Of a stretch of DNA of 55,118 bases, positions 18,777-27,514 are shown piece by piece. The stretch's first letter is position 1. Every line of letters begins with the position of its first letter. Both the position numbers and the translations under genes were made by a program. The stretch is from Rubrivivax sp. (GTDB lineage: Bacteria; Pseudomonadota; Gammaproteobacteria; Burkholderiales; Burkholderiaceae_C). The stretch spans positions 1-55,118 of the forward strand of contig JALORQ010000008.1 of the NCBI GenBank assembly GCA_025458805.1. Reading direction: 5' to 3'. The notes beneath the pieces are model-generated. The model was given only the letters and a program-made list of their open reading frames with translations, ran no database searches and was not told where the DNA came from.

Positions 18777-19235
18777 CTAGCCGCCACACCCGCCGAGCGT
18801 GACCTTGATCTCCTTCTGCGCGTAGTGCACCTTGCCGTCGGCGGTCATCGCCACCGCGAAGACGTTGGACGACTGCCCCATCTTCACGCGCGTGTTGAAG
18901 TTCGCCTCGACCGCGTCGTTGACATCGAAGATCGAGGCCAGCACGCTGGGGTTCTTCTCGACGAGGATCATCATCCGCTTGACGCCAGGCAGCGTGGTCG
19001 CACAGCCCACCGGCACCACGGCGCCGTTCTCGGCGATGTCGGGGCCGGTGATCGTCACGTCCTTGCTCTCGACCGGCGCACTGCCGCCGAGCGCCTTCAC
19101 GCAGTCGGCCATCGACTTGGCCTCGAAGGCGGCCTGGTTCCAGGCCGCCTGGGCCTGCATGGGCAGCAGGCCGCCCGCGGCCAGCAGGCCGGCAACGGTC
19201 GCGCCGTGGGCGAGCATCTCGCGTCGGGTGTGCAT
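18777..19235 (-). CDS. soxY: Sulfur carrier protein SoxY
   Basis: Tat TRREML, PDIAENGAVVP, C-terminal KVTLGGCGG. Confidence 0.98.
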   Translation of the reverse strand: MHTRREMLAHGATVAGLLAAGGLLPMQAQAAWNQAAFEAKSMADCVKALGGSAPVESKDVTITGPDIAENGAVVPVGCATTLPGVKRMMILVEKNPSVLASIFDVNDAVEANFNTRVKMGQSSNVFAVAMTADGKVHYAQKEIKVTLGGCGG

Positions 19236-19341
19236 GGGTCTCTCCTTCATGAACGGTTGGGATGATGGATCCGGGGGCGGGCAGCGTTGATTCGAGAATA
19301 CCCGTCCCTGTGCCCGGTCGGCGGGATCGCGACGGCCGCGC

Positions 19342-20418
19342 TCAGCGCCTGGCGCCCTGCGCCAGCCACTCGGCGATGGCCTTCGCGTCCGCCTCGGGCA
19401 GCGTCTGCGCGGGCATCGGAATCGTGCCCCAGACACCGGTGCCGCCGGCACGGATCTTCTGCAGCAGGTAGGCCTGTGCGTCGCCCCTCCCTGCGTACTT
19501 CTTCGCCACCTCGTCGAGCGACGGGCCGACGATCTTCTTGTCGACGCCGTGGCAGGCCAGGCAGTTGTGCGACTGCAGCAGCTTCATCACCGCGGCGCCC
19601 GGGCCTGCGGCCGCAGGAGCCGCGGCAGGGGCGGCGGCGACCACCACCGGCCGCGTGCCCGGCGGCTGCGTGGTGTCGGCGCCGAGCTGCGCGCCCACCA
19701 TGCGCTGCTGCTCGGCCAGGTTGCCGTGGGCGTTGCGCGCGAAGTCGGGCAGGAACGAGGCCACCGTGGGCTCGGCGGCGCAGTCCTTCATGCAGGCCAC
19801 TGCGCGCACGTCGGGCTTGCCGCCATTGCCCAGGGACCGGCCCGGCCACATGCCGTGGTCGGTGGTCTTGCCGTTGCGGTTGGGCAGCAGCGCCTGCACC
19901 TGCGCGATGTTGCGGTCGGAGAGCACGAAGTCGTCCGGCAGCACGCCACCCATGTTGAGCAGGTAGGCGGTGACCGCGTACACCTCCTCGGTGCTGAGCG
20001 ACTTCGGCGCGTTCCACGGCATCGCGCGGTTGATGTAGTCCCACAGCGTCGACACCGTCGAGACCTTCATCATCGTCGTGCGGCCCGGGAAGGCCGGGTC
20101 GAGCAGCCGGGCCACGCGGCCGGTCTTCACGTCGTCCTTGGTCGTGCCGCCGACCAGCGGCGAGAACACCTCGTTGCTCTCGCCGAAGATGCCGTGGCAC
20201 GACGCGCACTTGGCTTCCCAGACGTCCATGCCCTTGGCGACCGACCCGGAGCCCGCCGGCAGGCCCTTGAAGTCGGGGCGCACGTCGATGTCCCAGGCGG
20301 CGACCTCCTTGGCCGTCGCCGGGCGCCCGATGCCAGGGTAGGCCGCCGACTGCGCCAGCGCCGCGCCCGCGGCGGTCAGCACGACCAGGCCGGCCAGCGC
20401 CTTACGAAAGCTGGACAT
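19342..20418 (-). CDS. soxD: Sulfane dehydrogenase cytochrome subunit SoxD (diheme)
   Basis: WDIDVRPD, CASCHG, DYINRAMP, second heme CLACHG. Confidence 0.95.
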   Translation of the reverse strand: MSSFRKALAGLVVLTAAGAALAQSAAYPGIGRPATAKEVAAWDIDVRPDFKGLPAGSGSVAKGMDVWEAKCASCHGIFGESNEVFSPLVGGTTKDDVKTGRVARLLDPAFPGRTTMMKVSTVSTLWDYINRAMPWNAPKSLSTEEVYAVTAYLLNMGGVLPDDFVLSDRNIAQVQALLPNRNGKTTDHGMWPGRSLGNGGKPDVRAVACMKDCAAEPTVASFLPDFARNAHGNLAEQQRMVGAQLGADTTQPPGTRPVVVAAAPAAAPAAAGPGAAVMKLLQSHNCLACHGVDKKIVGPSLDEVAKKYAGRGDAQAYLLQKIRAGGTGVWGTIPMPAQTLPEADAKAIAEWLAQGARR

Positions 20419-21781
20419 TCTTGACCTCCCCGGACTCCTGCACCAGCCAGGTCTGGATGGCGTTGTTGTGGTAGATCGAACGCGTGCCGCGGACGTTGCG
20501 AAGCTGGCGGTAGGTCGGCTGCACGTAGCCGGTCTCGTCGATCGCGCGGCTCTGGATCAGCGCCGGCCTGCCGTCCCAGACCCAGTCGAGCGTGAAGCGC
20601 GTCAGGCACTTGTCGAGCACCGGGCCCTGGAAGCGGGCGGTGCGCCAGTTGCGCCCGCCGTCGACCGAGACGTCGACGCGCCGGATCTTGCCGCGCCCGC
20701 TCCACGCGAGGCCAGAGATCTGGTAGTAGCCCTTGTCGAGCAGCACCTGCCCGCCCGACGGCGTCGTGACGACGCTCTTGCACTCCTGGATGCTCGAGTA
20801 CTGGCGGTGCAGGCCGTCGGGCATCAGGTCGACGTAGTGCATGACCTCGTCCTTCGCCGCGTACGGCTGGTCGCCGACCTCGATGCGGCGCAGGTACTTG
20901 ACCCAGCTCACGCCCTGGACGCCGGGCACCACCAGCCGCAGCGGGTAGCCGTTCTCCGGGCGCAGCATCTCGCCGTTCTGGCCGTAGGCGACGATCACCT
21001 CGCCGTTCTCGACCATCTCCATCGGGATGGTGCGCGTCATGCTCGACCCGTCGGCGCCCTCGGCGAGCACGAAGCGGCCGCGCTTGACGTCGGCGCCGGC
21101 CAGGTCGAGCAGCACCTTCAGCGGCACACCGGTGAACTCGCTGCAGCTGATCATGCCGTGCGAGTACTGGCAGGTCGGCACGGCGACGTTGCCCCACTCC
21201 ATGCCGGTGTTGGCACCGCACTCGATGAAGTGGAAGCGGCTCACGCTGGGCAGCCGCATGATCTCGTCCATCGTGAAGACCATCGGCGTCTTCACCATCT
21301 TCTCGTCCGAGCCGTTGATCATCAGCCGGTGCTTGGACGGATCGATGTCCCACCAGCCCTGGTGATGGCGCTCGAAGTGCAGCCCGCTCGGCGTGACGAT
21401 GCCGAACAGGCTCTGCAGCGGCGCGAAGCTCACGCTCGCCTGCGTCGTCTGCGTCAGCCCCGGGCTCTGCCGGCGCTGCACGTTGGCCTCGTAGCGGCTC
21501 GGCCGGCCGTAGCCGTCGGTGACGACCGGCTTGCCGAGGCCGGTCGTGTGCTCGGGCAGCTTCAGGATGTTGGGGTCGCCGCCCTCGGAAGGCACCGGGT
21601 TGGCCTGGGAGAGCGCCGCCGGGGCGGCCGCACCGGCGGCGGCCGCCGCGAAGGCGCGCCGGATGAAGTCGCGACGCCCTGCCTTGCCCTCCCGGAAGAC
21701 GGTGCGCACGCCCTCGGGCGTCAGGAAATTCTCGGGGGCGCGGATCAGTCGCCCGCCAGCGACAGCGGCGTTTTCGCTCAC
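20402..21781 (-). CDS. soxC: Sulfane dehydrogenase molybdoprotein SoxC
   Basis: Tat GRRDFI, TPSGLHFERHH, FIECGAN, ENGYPLRL, SIYHNNAIQ; GAGGA before GTG 21781. Confidence 0.96.
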   Translation of the reverse strand: MSENAAVAGGRLIRAPENFLTPEGVRTVFREGKAGRRDFIRRAFAAAAAGAAAPAALSQANPVPSEGGDPNILKLPEHTTGLGKPVVTDGYGRPSRYEANVQRRQSPGLTQTTQASVSFAPLQSLFGIVTPSGLHFERHHQGWWDIDPSKHRLMINGSDEKMVKTPMVFTMDEIMRLPSVSRFHFIECGANTGMEWGNVAVPTCQYSHGMISCSEFTGVPLKVLLDLAGADVKRGRFVLAEGADGSSMTRTIPMEMVENGEVIVAYGQNGEMLRPENGYPLRLVVPGVQGVSWVKYLRRIEVGDQPYAAKDEVMHYVDLMPDGLHRQYSSIQECKSVVTTPSGGQVLLDKGYYQISGLAWSGRGKIRRVDVSVDGGRNWRTARFQGPVLDKCLTRFTLDWVWDGRPALIQSRAIDETGYVQPTYRQLRNVRGTRSIYHNNAIQTWLVQESGEVKNVQLS

Positions 21782-21851
21782 GGCTTGTTCCTCGGTCTCG
21801 GCCTTACACCGCCTTCGCGGGTCCGGACCGCGTGCCCGAGGCATCGATCCG

Positions 21852-21875
21852 AATATTCGCAGGCACAAATATAAT
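21852..21875 (-). promoter_or_regulatory. Putative ArsR/SoxR operator and -10 region of soxC
   Basis: AATATTC-GCAGGCAC-AAATATAAT; AT-rich island matching the motif at 10871-10893. Confidence 0.45.
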
Positions 21876-21950
21876 TGTCCGTTGATGTGCAATCCTGAGT
21901 GCAAACCCTGAACGCGCGCTGACGCTTCACCGCAGGAGGCGCGGCGAACT

Positions 21951-22376
21951 TCAGGACGGCCCGACGATCGACGCCGTGGCCAGCAGTTCCTGGAAGAGCG
22001 CCATCGACACGTTGCCGGAGACGGCGAACGGATCCAGCGTCGCGGTGGCCGAGTACTTGAGCAGCAGCGCCGGATTGAGGCGCGCCATGTTGACCTGCCC
22101 CATCGACCAGCCGGCGAAGCGCCGTTCGCCGATCTCCTCGTAGCTCAGCAGCTCGACCTGCGTGTGCCGGGGGTCGGCGACGATGCGGTTGTAGAGCTGG
22201 TTGACCGCGCCGCGACCGCCCTCGAGCACCTGCAGGAAAATCCCGCCCGAGAAGCAGAGCACCCCCGTGACCCCGAGTGCGGGATTGTTGGCCTTGCTCT
22301 TGCGGAGGATCGCGAGCAGCTCCTCCTGGTCGATCGCCGGCACGGCGCGGCTGGCGTACATGAGGCGGACGAGCAT
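21951..22376 (-). CDS. Stand-alone BLUF blue-light photoreceptor
   Basis: LMYAS, NNPALGVTGVL, FLQVLEG, DPRH, RRFAGWSM (Tyr, Gln, Trp and Met intact). Confidence 0.95.
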   Translation of the reverse strand: MLVRLMYASRAVPAIDQEELLAILRKSKANNPALGVTGVLCFSGGIFLQVLEGGRGAVNQLYNRIVADPRHTQVELLSYEEIGERRFAGWSMGQVNMARLNPALLLKYSATATLDPFAVSGNVSMALFQELLATASIVGPS

Positions 22377-22398
22377 GGCGCACTCCTGGGCGTGGGCT

Positions 22399-23145
22399 TC
22401 AGCCGCCGGCCTTGCGCGGCAGCAGGGAGAGGAATTCTCGCCGCAGGTTGGCGTCCTTCAGGAACGCACCGCGCATCACCGAGTTGACCATCGCGCTGTC
22501 GGTGTCCTTGACGCCGCGCCAGTGCATGCAGAAGTGGTCGGCCTCCATCACGATCGCCAGCCCGTCGGGACGCACGCGCCCTTGCAGTTCGTTGGCGAGC
22601 ATCGTCACGGCCTCCTCCTGGATCTGCGGCCGGCTCATGACCCAGTCGCAGATGCGGGCGTACTTGCTGAGCCCGATCAGGTTGGAGTGCTCGTTCGGCA
22701 TGATGCCGATCCACACCTTGCCGAAGATCGGGCACAGGTGATGGCTGCAGGCGCTGCGCACGGTGATCGGGCCGACGATCATCAGCTCGTTGAGGCGCTC
22801 GGCATTCGGGAACTCGGTGACAGACGGCATGTCGACGTAGCGGCCGCGGAACACCTCCTCGACGAACATCTTGGCCACGCGCTTGGCCGTCTCGTTCGTG
22901 TTGTGGTCGCTCTCGGTGTCGATGACGAGCGCGCGCAGCACCTCGTCGAGCTTCGCCTGGACCTCGGCCTTCAGCTCGGCGAGCTCGCCGTCACGGATGA
23001 ATCCCGCGATGTTGTCGTTGGCGTGGAAACGCCGATCGGCGGTGACGAGCCGGTAGCGGATGCGCTCGGACGCGGGGAGTCGCGCCAGCTCCTCCTCGCT
23101 GCGGAAGATCCTGGACGGCGCGGTACGGGTGTCGGATGCCTGCAT
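22399..23145 (-). CDS. folE: GTP cyclohydrolase I
   Basis: ETAKRVAKM, RSACSHHLCP, IGLSKYAR, RPQIQE, HFCMHWRGV. Confidence 0.96.
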   Translation of the reverse strand: MQASDTRTAPSRIFRSEEELARLPASERIRYRLVTADRRFHANDNIAGFIRDGELAELKAEVQAKLDEVLRALVIDTESDHNTNETAKRVAKMFVEEVFRGRYVDMPSVTEFPNAERLNELMIVGPITVRSACSHHLCPIFGKVWIGIMPNEHSNLIGLSKYARICDWVMSRPQIQEEAVTMLANELQGRVRPDGLAIVMEADHFCMHWRGVKDTDSAMVNSVMRGAFLKDANLRREFLSLLPRKAGG

Positions 23146-23146
23146 G

Positions 23147-23164
23147 TGTCAACCTCGCCTGACA
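23147..23164. promoter_or_regulatory. TGTCA-N8-TGACA palindrome (PpsR/CrtJ-type TGT-N12-ACA) over the folE RBS
   Basis: TGTCAACCTCGCCTGACA immediately upstream of the folE ATG. Confidence 0.4.
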
Positions 23165-23234
23165 TTGGCGATCATTCTCGCGCGAACGCCGTGGTTCGGC
23201 GAGCCCCGGGGTCGATGCGGCTTGGGCGGGCCTC

Positions 23235-24203
23235 TCAGAGCCCGAGCATCGCCAGCACCGCCAGCCATAACGCGATGGTTGCCGCGAAGGCCGTCGTCGA
23301 GAAGACGATCGCCGCCGTGGCCTCGCCCTGCAGCACGTCGTATCGCTGCGCGAAGATGAGCGCGTTGTTGCCGACCGGCAATGCCGCCATCGCCACCAGC
23401 ACGGCCAGAGGCACGCCGCCGATGCCGAACACCCAGTGCGCGACGACCAGCACCAGCGCCGGCATCGCCAGCAGCTTGAGCGCGCTCAGCGTGACCGCGC
23501 TGCGCACGCGGCCGCGCAGCCCGTACTGCGCCAGCGAGACCCCGATCAGCACCAGGCACACCGGCACCACGGCGCGACCCAGGCCGGCCAGCACCTCGTC
23601 GACCACCGGATGCAGCCCGAGCCCGGTCGCGTTCCACGCCAGCCCGGCCAGCACCGGCAGCACCACCGGATGGATCACGGTGTTGCGCACCGTGGCCGCG
23701 ACCGTCCGCGGCAGCGTGGCGGCGGGATCGGCGCGCGCGAGGTCCAGCTCGACGAGCACCGTCAGCACCGTCAGCAGCACCAGCCCGTGCAGGCTGACGA
23801 GCGCGATGTGCAGCGCGAGCCCCGGCTCGCCGAACAGCGCCGCCGCCACCGGGATGCCGAGCTGCACCGCATTGCCGTACGTGGCGGCAATCGCCCTCGT
23901 GCTCGGCCCGGCCGCACCGAGCACCGCGATGTGTCGCCTCTGCAGCGCGTAGACGACGAGCAGGTAGGCGAGCACCGGGCCGAAGTAGGCCGCGATCGTG
24001 CGCCATGGCAGCGCCGCCGTGTCGAGCTGCGCCATCGTGCGGAACAGCAGCGCCGGCACGAACAGGTAGTGCGCGACCGCGCCCAGCACCCGTGCGACCA
24101 CCGCCGGCTCGGCGCCGAGCCAGCGCGCGCGGCCGGCCCACCACCCGATCAGCACCGTGACGAAGATGGCCAGCAGCTTGAAGAAGACGGCCGGGCCGAT
24201 CAC
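23235..24203 (-). CDS. AEC family transporter
   Basis: YLFVPALLF, YGNAVQLGIP, HPVVLP, AALPVGNNA; about 10 TM helices. Confidence 0.9.
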   Translation of the reverse strand: MIGPAVFFKLLAIFVTVLIGWWAGRARWLGAEPAVVARVLGAVAHYLFVPALLFRTMAQLDTAALPWRTIAAYFGPVLAYLLVVYALQRRHIAVLGAAGPSTRAIAATYGNAVQLGIPVAAALFGEPGLALHIALVSLHGLVLLTVLTVLVELDLARADPAATLPRTVAATVRNTVIHPVVLPVLAGLAWNATGLGLHPVVDEVLAGLGRAVVPVCLVLIGVSLAQYGLRGRVRSAVTLSALKLLAMPALVLVVAHWVFGIGGVPLAVLVAMAALPVGNNALIFAQRYDVLQGEATAAIVFSTTAFAATIALWLAVLAMLGL

Positions 24204-24242
24204 GGCGCCGCGGCTCGCGCGAGGGCCCCCGACCCCGGCACC

Positions 24243-26852
24243 TCAGGCCGCCTTCTTCGCCGCGGTGCGGGTCGCGGTCTTGCGCGGCGCGCGTTCGGGC
24301 CGCGGCTCGAACTCGAAGACCACCTTGCCCTCGTTGCCGTCGTAGGCGAGCCGCGCCTTGAACTTGCGCCGCGTCTTGTTGGAGACGAAGTTCTCGAGCA
24401 GCGCGGTGCGGCCGGTGGCGAGCAGCCGCGCCATCTCCTCGCGCGCGACCGGCTGCTGCAGGATGATCTTGCCGCTCTTGAAATCGCAGGTCTGATGCGC
24501 GCCGACCGCGTGCTCGCAGACGTAGTTGGTGCCGTGCTCGTAGACGCGGCCCTTGCACTTCGGGCACGCGCCGAGCGCCTCCTGCGCGGAGAAGTCGACC
24601 GGCTCGCCGTCGGCCTCGGCCTGCCGCGCGTCGTCGCCGAAGTCGAACTCGAGCTTCCAGTTGCCGAGGTCGTCGTCGCGCACCAGCCTGAGCTCGGCGG
24701 TGAACGGCCAGCCTGCCTTGCTGCGGAAGCCCTCGAGCGGGCCGATGCGCTTGTCGCGCAGCAGCGCCTCGGCCTCGGCGATCTCGAACGCACGGCTGCC
24801 GGGGATCTTGGTGATGCTGAAGCCGCAGCCCTCGCCGTCGCCAGCGGCGCCGCTGCAGGCGAAGCGGCGGTAGTTCTCCTTGACGACGCCGCCGCAGTTC
24901 GGACAGGGCACCGCGAGCGTCGCGTAGTCGCCGGGGATGGTGTCGCGGTCGTACTCCTTGGCCTTGCGAACGATGCGTTCGGCCATCTTCGCGATGCCGG
25001 CCATGAACTCGTCGCGCGCCAGGCGGCCGTGCTCCATCTCGGCCAGCTGGTGTTCCCAGTGGCCCGTCAGCTCGGGCTTGGTCAGGTCCTCGACGCCCAG
25101 CCCGCGCAGCAGCGTCATGAGCTGGAAGGCCTTGGCGGTAGGCACCAGCTCGCGGCCTTCGCGCAGCAGGTACTTCTCGAGGATCAGCCCTTCGATGATC
25201 GCCGCGCGCGTGGCCGGCGTGCCCAGGCCCTTCTCGGCCATCGCCGCGCGCAGCTCGTCGTCGTCGATCAGCTTGCCCGCCCCCTCCATCGCCGACAGCA
25301 GCGTGGCCTCGGTGTAGCGCGCCGGCGGCCGCGTCTGCAGTGCCTTGACGTCGACGCTCTCGGTACGCGCCAGCTCGCCCGGCTTCACCGGCACGAGGTT
25401 CGCGTCCTCCTCCTGCGCCTCGCGGCCGTAGACGGCCAGCCAGCCCGGGTCGACGAGCACCTTGCCGTTGGTCTGGAAGTGCTGCTCGGCGCCGAAGCCT
25501 TCGACCGCCGCCTTGACCTTGCTGATGCGCGTGGTGACCATGAACTCGGCCGACGGGTAGAAGACCGCCAGGAAGCGCTTGACCACCATGTCGTAGAGCC
25601 TGGCCTCGATCTCGGTCAGCGACTTCGGCGGCTGCAGCGTCGGGATGATCGCGAAGTGGTCCGAGACCTTGGCGTTGTCGAAGACGCGCTTGCTCGGCTT
25701 GACGTAGCCCTCGTCGAGCGCCTTGCGCGCGTGCATCGAGAGCTCCCGCAGCGGGCCGGGCAGATCCTCGTCGGCGAGCATGCCGATCGTGCTCTTCACG
25801 GTCGCGAGGTAGTCCTCGGGCAGCGCGCGCGAGTCGGTGCGCGGGTAGGTCAGCACCTTGTGCTTCTCGTACAGCGCCTGCGCGATCGACAGCGTCGTCT
25901 TCGCGCTGAAGCCGAAGCGCGAGTTGGCCTCGCGCTGCAGCGTCGTCAGGTCGTACAGCAGCGGGCTCGACTGCGAGCTGGGCTTGGACTCCTCGCTGAC
26001 CTCGGCCGGCTCGCCGCGGCACGCGGCGGCGATCGCCTCGGCAGCGCCGGCCGTCCACAGCCGGTCGGCTCGCAGCTCGGCGTCGTCGGCACTCCTCTTC
26101 CACGTCGGGTCGAACCACTTGCCCTCGTAGAAGCCGGCCTCTACGTCGAACGTCGCTCGCAGCTCCCAGTAGTCGCGCGCGACATGCCTGCGGATCTTCT
26201 CCTCGCGTTCGACGACGATCGACAGCGTGGGCGTCTGCACGCGGCCGACGGTGGTCAGGAAAAAGCCGCCGTCGCGCGAGTTGAACGCGGTCATCGCACG
26301 CGTGCCGTTGATGCCGACCAGCCAGTCGGCCTCGCTGCGGCTGCGTGCAGCGTCGGCCAGGCCGTGCATCTCGCGGTCGCTGCGCAGCCGCTCGAAGCCC
26401 TCGCGGATCGCCTGCGGGGTCATGCTCTGCAGCCACAGGCGCTGGATCGGCTTGGCCGCCTTTCCCTTGCCGCCGTCGGCGAACTGCACGATGAGGCGGA
26501 AGATGAGCTCGCCCTCCCGCCCGGCATCGCAGGCGTTGATGAGCGCGTCGACGTCCTTGCGCTTGACGAGCCTCACGATCGAGGCGAGCCGCGACTTGTT
26601 CTTGTCGATGGGCGCCAGGTCGAAGTGCGGCGGCACCACCGGCAGGTGGGCGAAGCTCCACTTGCCGCGCTTGACGTCGTACGCCTCGGGTGCGGTGATC
26701 TCGACCAGGTGGCCGACCGCGCTGGTCACGACGTAGCGGTCGTTCTCGAAGTGGTCGGCCAGCTTCTCGAACTTGCCGGCCACCGGCGTGAGCGCGCGCA
26801 CGATGTCCTGCGCCACGCTCGGCTTCTCGGCGATGATGAGTGTCTTGCCCAT
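24243..26852 (-). CDS. topB: DNA topoisomerase III
   Basis: LIIAEKPSVA, NACDAGREGELIF, GRVQTPTL, LTYPRTDS, GLGTPATRA, C-terminal Zn-ribbon/Toprim_Crpt repeats. Confidence 0.97.
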   Translation of the reverse strand: MGKTLIIAEKPSVAQDIVRALTPVAGKFEKLADHFENDRYVVTSAVGHLVEITAPEAYDVKRGKWSFAHLPVVPPHFDLAPIDKNKSRLASIVRLVKRKDVDALINACDAGREGELIFRLIVQFADGGKGKAAKPIQRLWLQSMTPQAIREGFERLRSDREMHGLADAARSRSEADWLVGINGTRAMTAFNSRDGGFFLTTVGRVQTPTLSIVVEREEKIRRHVARDYWELRATFDVEAGFYEGKWFDPTWKRSADDAELRADRLWTAGAAEAIAAACRGEPAEVSEESKPSSQSSPLLYDLTTLQREANSRFGFSAKTTLSIAQALYEKHKVLTYPRTDSRALPEDYLATVKSTIGMLADEDLPGPLRELSMHARKALDEGYVKPSKRVFDNAKVSDHFAIIPTLQPPKSLTEIEARLYDMVVKRFLAVFYPSAEFMVTTRISKVKAAVEGFGAEQHFQTNGKVLVDPGWLAVYGREAQEEDANLVPVKPGELARTESVDVKALQTRPPARYTEATLLSAMEGAGKLIDDDELRAAMAEKGLGTPATRAAIIEGLILEKYLLREGRELVPTAKAFQLMTLLRGLGVEDLTKPELTGHWEHQLAEMEHGRLARDEFMAGIAKMAERIVRKAKEYDRDTIPGDYATLAVPCPNCGGVVKENYRRFACSGAAGDGEGCGFSITKIPGSRAFEIAEAEALLRDKRIGPLEGFRSKAGWPFTAELRLVRDDDLGNWKLEFDFGDDARQAEADGEPVDFSAQEALGACPKCKGRVYEHGTNYVCEHAVGAHQTCDFKSGKIILQQPVAREEMARLLATGRTALLENFVSNKTRRKFKARLAYDGNEGKVVFEFEPRPERAPRKTATRTAAKKAA

Positions 26853-26969
26853 GTTCCTGACGGCGGCCACGTCGCCCGCGGGCGACCTCACGGGCCCTGC
26901 CTACAATGCAGGACCCTCGCGCGGCCGCACGCGCACCCTCGGGTGCACGCGCGCGCGCCGCATGACCCA

Positions 26970-27500
26970 ATGTACCGAATGAGCCGCACCGCGCAAGCCG
27001 TCGCCCGCAAACCGAACCCCGGCACCGGGGCACCCCCGGCAGGCGCAGCCGGCGGGCGCCGCATCCAGGTGCGCCGCAGCGGGGTGCACGGCAAGGGCGT
27101 CTTCGCGCTGCGGCCCATTGCGGCCGGCACGGCGATCATCGAGTACACGGGCGAGGTGATCAGCTGGAAGGAAGCGCTGCGGCGCCACCCGCACGACCCG
27201 GCCGACCCGAACCACACCTTCTACTTCCACATCGACGACGCCCACGTCATCGATGCCAAGCACGGCGGCAACGCGTCGCGCTGGATCAACCACAGCTGCG
27301 AGCCCAACTGCGAGGCCGACGAGCGCGAGGGACGCGTCTTCATCAAGGCGCTGCGCGACATCGCGCCGGGCGACGAGTTGTTCTACGACTACGGCCTGGT
27401 CATCGACGGTCGGCAGACGGCGGCGCTGAAGCGGCAGTACGAATGCCGCTGCGGCAGCCCGCGCTGCAGGCGCACGATGCTGGCACCGCGCCGGCGCTGA
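26970..27500 (+). CDS. SET domain protein-lysine methyltransferase
   Basis: SGVHGKGVFA, IIEYTGE, RWINHSCEPN, ELFYDY, post-SET CRCGSPRC; start 26970 or 26979. Confidence 0.93.
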   Translation: MYRMSRTAQAVARKPNPGTGAPPAGAAGGRRIQVRRSGVHGKGVFALRPIAAGTAIIEYTGEVISWKEALRRHPHDPADPNHTFYFHIDDAHVIDAKHGGNASRWINHSCEPNCEADEREGRVFIKALRDIAPGDELFYDYGLVIDGRQTAALKRQYECRCGSPRCRRTMLAPRRR

Positions 27501-27514
27501 GCGCGGCCGTGCGG

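Noticed and set aside
230-19235. Selenocysteine read-through in the thiol-redox and sox genes
   Set aside because: Catalytic positions are ordinary Cys codons and TGA stops fall at the expected C-termini
14974-21781. soxCDYZAXB core as a novel system
   Set aside because: Canonical, well-described Sox pathway in the usual betaproteobacterial order
21887-21904. Sigma54 promoter for soxC
   Set aside because: Lacks the -24 GG, and the spacing does not fit TGGCAC-N5-TTGC
23149-27033. Very long alternative ORFs (1294 aa, 1354 aa, and others such as 945, 899 and 744 aa elsewhere)
   Set aside because: Arg/Ala/Gly-rich shadow frames expected at this GC content, overlapping well-supported genes; only their terminal parts are real in some cases
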